27,261 bases of DNA from contig CBFFRP010000651.1 in the NCBI GenBank assembly GCA_965644295.1, forward strand, positions 1 to 27,261. Direction: 5' to 3'. Below, piece after piece: positions 21,071-27,261 of the stretch (positions within the stretch are counted from its first letter, which is position 1; each line of letters begins with the position of its first letter). The DNA comes from Paraphysomonas bandaiensis (lineage: Eukaryota; Protista; Chrysophyceae). A program made the position numbers and the translations under genes. Under the pieces are notes generated by a model. It made no database searches and was not told the DNA's origin. It worked only from the letters and a program-made list of their open reading frames with translations.

Positions 21071-22308
21071 CTATATCTGTGTTCCTTTGTGATTTTTGGG
21101 ACAGTAAATTTTCGAGAATCTGGCATATTCTTTATTTTCAGTCAGCTGCCGCTCCGCATGCACCATCAACAAATTGTAAAACTTAATATCCAAAGCATTA
21201 ATTTTATACAGCCTTTCCTTTACAGTTTCGTTACTAGACCTGTCACAATGATTAATGTATGGTAGATTCAATTCTCCCCAGAGTTGATGATTGCATTGGA
21301 ATAATTCGAAACAACAGTAAAAGCACAATTTCATACCTGTAGGAAATGTCAGCACTGTGGCGTGACCCCGACCTGTGTTGAGGACTGTAGCACATTCCCA
21401 GTTTGTACTCCATGTAACGCATGTACCTGACAGAATGAACTAAATTCAACCTTAGTCATCAACCAAGAACATACCTATCTAAATTGTCGTCTAATACGAT
21501 AATTACAGATATTAATTCCAATTTGTCAACAGCTTGTTGAACGTTTCTTTTGTCACACTTCAATCCACAGCCCGTCAACATATTTAAATAATAATTGTTC
21601 AATGCTGGCAGGCGTTCAAAACATGGATTCATGACAAAGTCTTCAAAAGAAACGTGCGGAAGTGTTACTCCACAATTAGCTTGTGTCACTTGTTTCTCGT
21701 AAATATGCCTTTTATTGGAATTCTTCGATTTGAAATTGTGATGAAATGTAGAAAACAATCTTTCTATGGGATCCCTAACTGTCATTATGTAGAGTATCTT
21801 TTCATAAGTTAAAATTGGCATAAAAGAATTGAATTCTAATGATCCGAAGTTGGCATTCATCCTCCTCATATCGCGTATGTTTGATTCAAAATTACCATAA
21901 ACATGACGGAAATTGCAGTTATTTGGTAGTGTACGAAATCCATTTTCTTGTGCAGACTTACACATCGTAGTACCCCCTGCATGTATATATCATGAGAGTA
22001 TATATAACGTATACGATTAACAACTACAGCATGCGTATATATGTGTGTATGTGTATGTATGTGTGTGTGTGTATGTGTGTGTGTGTACCTGTCTTGTGGT
22101 TATGTATGTAATATACACTGCAGTTGTTATGTAACAGTGTGTCTCGAGGACTCCTATTCGTGTGCTTCATGTCTGTATGTAGACATAATCTCTCGTTTGA
22201 TTGTCTTGCATGAGCAAACTCATGCGCACTATAGCCACACACTGCAGTATAGTGAGTGCTGCATGTGATCATCACAAGGCACTGGAATACAAACAGTAAC
22301 TGATACAT
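21071..22308 (-). CDS. Secretory-pathway-type sulfotransferase; exons 22308-22089, 21976-21475, 21426-21337, ~21239-21071
   Basis: Splicing restores the 5'-PSB loop YYIHNHKTGGTTM. 3'-PB motif MTVRDPIERLFS, C-terminal NALDIKFY and a hydrophobic N-terminus. The last acceptor is ambiguous by a few codons. Confidence 0.85.
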
Positions 22309-22655
22309 CAGATGAGAGTGAAGTCACACATATCTTAATAACTGTGTAAATACATCAGTAGAATATCATCCATATCCCACTGAGCACTCACAGTATTGTA
22401 GCTGGCTATAGCTAGTTATGGTATGGAGAGACTGAGTGAGTGAGTGAGAACAGTCACTGTGTATACTAGTATACATATTCTAGTACCCCTACAGGATACG
22501 GTAAGCAGATGTACACCAATACAATTCTAGTAGTACATAGGTACACGTACAACATGATGGATTGTAGGATGTATATATGCATGTCCAATGAAATCGTACT
22601 TATACAATAGTGTAGATGGACAAAAAAAGGGCAATAGTGAAACGACCTCAGTATT

Positions 22656-22797
22656 GTACGTACATGTACGAGTGATTATGGCATACACACATACCGTATT
22701 CAGTAGGTGGAATGCATATATCTGTACCGTAGTACGTACATGTACGAGTGATTATGGCATACACACATACCGTATTCAGTAGGTGGAATGTATATAT
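22656..22797. repeat. 76-bp-period tandem duplication
   Basis: GTACGTACATGTACGAGTGATTATGGCATACACACATACCGTATTCAGTAGGTGGAATG at 22656 and 22732. Confidence 0.9.
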
Positions 22798-23090
22798 GTA
22801 TCTGTACAGCAGTACGATTACATGTGCGTAGGTATGGATACAGTGTTCGTATGTGGAGTAGTAGTGTCCGTAAGACATCCCCAAGACACGTACTGGCACT
22901 GTGTACGTATCTCTATATAGAATCCGTGTGTCTAATTAACTGACTGAGAAGTCTTCATATCAATCATCTAATTGCACTCTATCTCATACGTGTATCTCTT
23001 CTATGATACACTTCTAACTTCACACTTCATTTCACTTCACTTCTACTTCTTCTTTTTTTTAATTTCATAGTAAATATACACACATCTCAT

Positions 23091-23200
23091 ACCATACACA
23101 GATCTCATACACAGATCTCATACGCAGATCTCCATACATAACATACCCATACACAGATCTCATACATACGCAGATCTCATACACAGATCCCCATACATAA
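23091..23200 (+). repeat. Short degenerate CATACACAGATCT repeats upstream of the GAF gene start
   Basis: About six CATAC(A/G)CAGATC units. Confidence 0.7.
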
Positions 23201-23245
23201 CTTCCCCTCTTCATTATACGCATATTGTCTCCTATAAACTCCTAT

Positions 23246-23512
23246 ATGACAAACTGTTATACAGAACACGAAGCTCGTGTCCTCAGGTACCCTCACATCT
23301 CATTCCTTTGTCTCTCTTATCGTTCCTAGTCAACTGACAGTCCCACTACCATTAAATGAACTGCATCGCTTAGAAGTCCTCAGAGAGACTCAATTACTCG
23401 ATACTGAGGACAGGTAGAGAGGAGATGATAGTCTTATTGTCTCTGTGTCTGACTGACATGCAGTGATCCGGAGTTTAACAGATACACAGCTATGGGAAGA
23501 AGACTGTTCGAG
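23246..23512 (+). CDS. 5' exons (23246-23286, 23330-23413, 23464-23512) of the GAF-domain hybrid sensor gene; encode MTNCYTEHEARVLSQLTVPLPLNELHRLEVLRETQLLDTEDSDPEFNRYTAMGRRLFE
   Basis: Two canonical GT..AG introns (43 and 50 nt) join in frame. The peptide matches the typical N-terminal GAF helix pattern P..E..RL..L....LDT..D..F...T....RLF. A phase-0 donor GAG|gtatgt lies at 23513. The first ATG is the least certain part. Confidence 0.85.
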
Positions 23513-23537
23513 GTATGTGATTGGCTACTACCCCTCC

Positions 23538-26500
23538 ATGTGTTATATATGGATGATATGCATGTTATGTTATATATGGATGATATGCATGTTATGTTAT
23601 ATATGGATGATAGGCATGTTATGTTATATATGGATGATATGCATGTTATGTTATATATGGATGATAGGCATGTTATGTTATATATGGATGATATGCATGT
23701 TATGTTATATATGGATGATATGCATGTTATGTTATATATGGATGATATGCATGTTATGTTATATATGGATGATAGGCATGTTATGTTATATATGGATGAT
23801 ATGCATGTTATGTTATGTATGGATGATATGCATGTTATGTTATATATGGATGATATGCATGTTATGTTATATATGGATGATATGCATGTTATGTTATATA
23901 TGGATGATATGCATGTTATGTTATATATGGATGATATGCATGTTATGTTATATATGGATGATATGCATGTTATGTTATGTATGGATGATATGCATGTTAT
24001 GTTATATATGGATGATATGCATGTTATGTTATATATGGATGATATGCATGTTATGTTATATATGGATGATAGGCATGTTATGTTATATATGGATGATATG
24101 CATGTTATGTTATATATGGATGATAGGCATGTTATGTTATGTATGGATGATATGCATGTTATGTTATGTATGGATGATATGCATGTTATGTTATATATGG
24201 ATGATATGCATGTTATGTTATATATGGATGATATGCATGTTATGTTATATATGGATGGTATGCATGTTATGTTATATATGGATGATATGCATGTTATGTT
24301 ATATATGGATGATATGCATGTTGTGTTATATATGGATGATATGCATGTTATGTTATATATGGATGATATGCATGTTATGTTATATATGGATGATAGGCAT
24401 GTTATGTTATATATGGATGATAGGGATGTTATGTTATATATGGATGATATGCATGTTATGTTATATATGGATGATATGCATGTTATGTTATATATGGATG
24501 ATAGGCATGTTATGTTATATATGGATGATATGCATGTTATGTTATATATGGATGATATGCATGTTATGTTATATATGGATGATATGCATGTTATGTTATA
24601 TATGGATGATAGGCATGTTATGTTATATATGGATGATAGGCATGTTATGTTATATATGGATGGTAGGCATGTTATGTTATATATGGATGATATGCATGTT
24701 ATGTTATATATGGATGATATGCATGTTATGTTATATATGGATGATATGCATGTTATGTTATATATGGATGATATGCATGTTATGTTATATATGGATGATA
24801 TGCATGTTATGTTATGTATGGATGATATGCATGTTATGTTATATATGGATGATATGCATGTTATGTTATATATGGATGATATGCATGTTATGTTATATAT
24901 GGATGATATGCATGTTATGTTATATATGGATGATATGCATGTTATGTTATATATGGATGATATGCATGTTATGTTATATATGGATGGTATGCATGTTATG
25001 TTATATATGGATGATATGCATGTTATGTTATATATGGATGATATGCATGTTATGTTATATATGGATGATATGCATGTTATGTTATATATGGATGATATGC
25101 ATGTTATGTTATATATGGATGATATGCATGTTATGTTATATATGGATGATAGGCATGTTATGTTATATATGGATGATAGGCATGTTATGTTATATATGGA
25201 TGATATGCATGTTATGTTATATATGGATGATATGCATGTTATGTTATATATGGATGATATGCATGTTATGTTATATATGGATGATATGCATGTTATGTTA
25301 TATATGGATGATATGCATGTTATGTTATATATGGATGATATGCATGTTATGTTATATATGGATGATATGCATGTTATGTTATATATGGATGATATGCATG
25401 TTATGTTATATATGGATGATATGCATGTTATGTTATATATGGATGATATACATGTTATGTTATATATGGATGATATGCATGTTATGTTATATATGGATGA
25501 TATGCATGTTATGTTATATATGGATGATATGCATGTTATGTTATATATGGATGATATGCATGTTATGTTATATATGGATGATATGCATGTTATGTTATAT
25601 ATGGATGATATGCATGTTATGTTATATATGGATGATATGCATGTTATGTTATATATGGATGATAGGCATGTTATGTTATATATGGATGATATGCATGTTA
25701 TGTTATATATGGATGATAGGCATGTTATGTTATATATGGATGATATGCATGTTATGTTATATATGGATGGTATGCATGTTATGTTATATATGGATGATAT
25801 GCATGTTATGTTATATATGGATGATATGCATGTTATGCTATATATGGATGATATGCATGTTATGCTATATATGGATGATATGCATGTTATGTTATGTATG
25901 GATGATATGCATGTTATGTTATATATGGATGATATGCATGTTATGTTATATATGGATGATATGCATGTTATGTTATATATGGATGATATGCATGTTATGT
26001 TATATATGGATGATAGGCATGTTATGTTATATATGGATGATATGCATGTTATGTTATATATGGATGATATGCATGTTATGTTATATATGGATGATATGCA
26101 TGTTATGTTATATATGGATGATATGCATGTTATGTTATATATGGATGATATGCATGTTATGTTATATATGGATGATATGCATGTTATGTTATATATGGAT
26201 GATATGCATGTTATGTTATATATGGATGATATGCATGTTATGTTATGTATGGATGATATGCATGTTATGTTATATATGGATGATATGCATGTTATGTTAT
26301 ATATGGATGATATGCATGTTATGTTATATATGGATGATATGCATGTTATGTTATATATGGATGATATGCATGTTATGTTATATATGGATGGTATGCATGT
26401 TATGTTATATATGGATGATATGCATGTTATGTTATATATGGATGATATGCATGTTATGTTATATATGGATGATATGCATGTTATGTTATGTATGGATGAT

Positions 26501-27261
26501 ATGCATGTTATGTTATATATGGATGATATGCATGTTATGTTATATATGGATGATATGCATGTTATGTTATATATGGATGATATGCATGTTATGTTATATA
26601 TGGATGATATGCATGTTATGTTATATATGGATGGTATGCATGTTATGTTATATATGGATGATATGCATGTTATGTTATATATGGATGATATGCATGTTAT
26701 GTTATATATGGATGATATGCATGTTATGTTATATATGGATGATATGCATGTTATGTTATATATGGATGATATGCATGTTATGTTATATATGGATGATATG
26801 CATGTTATGTTATATATGGATGATATGCATGTTATGTTATGTATGGATGATATGCATGTTATGTTATATATGGGAGATATGCATGTTATGTTATATATGG
26901 ATGATATGCATGTTATGTTATATATGGATGATATGCATGTTATGTTATATATGGATGATATGCATGTTATGTTATATATGGATGATATGCATGTTATGTT
27001 ATATATTGACGATATGCATGTTATGTTATATATGGATGATATGCATGTTATGTTATATATGGATGATATGCATGTTATGTTATATATGGATGATATGCAT
27101 GTTATGTTATATATGGATGATATGCATGTTATGTTATGTATGGATGATATGCATGTTATGTTATATATGGATGATATGCATGTTATGTTATATATGGATG
27201 ATATGCATGTTATGTTATATATGGATGATATGCATGTTATGTTATATATGGATGATATGCA
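23538..27261 (+). repeat. 27-bp minisatellite (TGTTATGTTATATATGGATGATATGCA), ~138 copies, within intron 3 of the GAF sensor gene
   Basis: Starts 25 nt after the donor at 23513 and runs off the window end. Register is preserved at 540-bp checkpoints; only substitutions (TAGGCA, ATGTAT, ATGGTA) were seen. Confidence 0.98.

Noticed and set aside
23538-27261. CRISPR array or telomere interpretation of the 27-bp and 29-bp arrays
   Set aside because: No unique spacers and no cas genes. The units are head-to-tail inside spliceosomal introns. The two window ends carry the repeat in the same, not inverted, orientation, unlike telomeres.

Overview
Gene-dense eukaryotic (protist, plausibly stramenopile; inference from gene content and intron style) DNA with many short GT-AG introns of about 43-180 nt. 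Eight protein genes can be assembled by hand: a GAF/degenerate histidine kinase/receiver sensor, RPS25, an ABHD17-like hydrolase, an SCP2-like-PH-TM protein, a PP2C phosphatase, an N6AMT1/HemK2 methyltransferase, an intronless bacterial-type NagA and a sulfotransferase. The most striking feature is that the window is circularly permuted. The first three exons of the GAF sensor lie at the right end (23246-23512) and splice in frame onto the remainder at the left end (130-1926). The intervening intron is filled with a 27-bp satellite in which both window ends terminate. This points to a circular molecule, a collapsed ~27-kb tandem amplicon, or two paralogues. Three genes have one intron inflated to kb size by a gene-specific minisatellite. 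(CATA)n tracts sit about 45-60 nt before four start codons, and several small inverted-repeat (MITE-like) elements occupy intergenic space.
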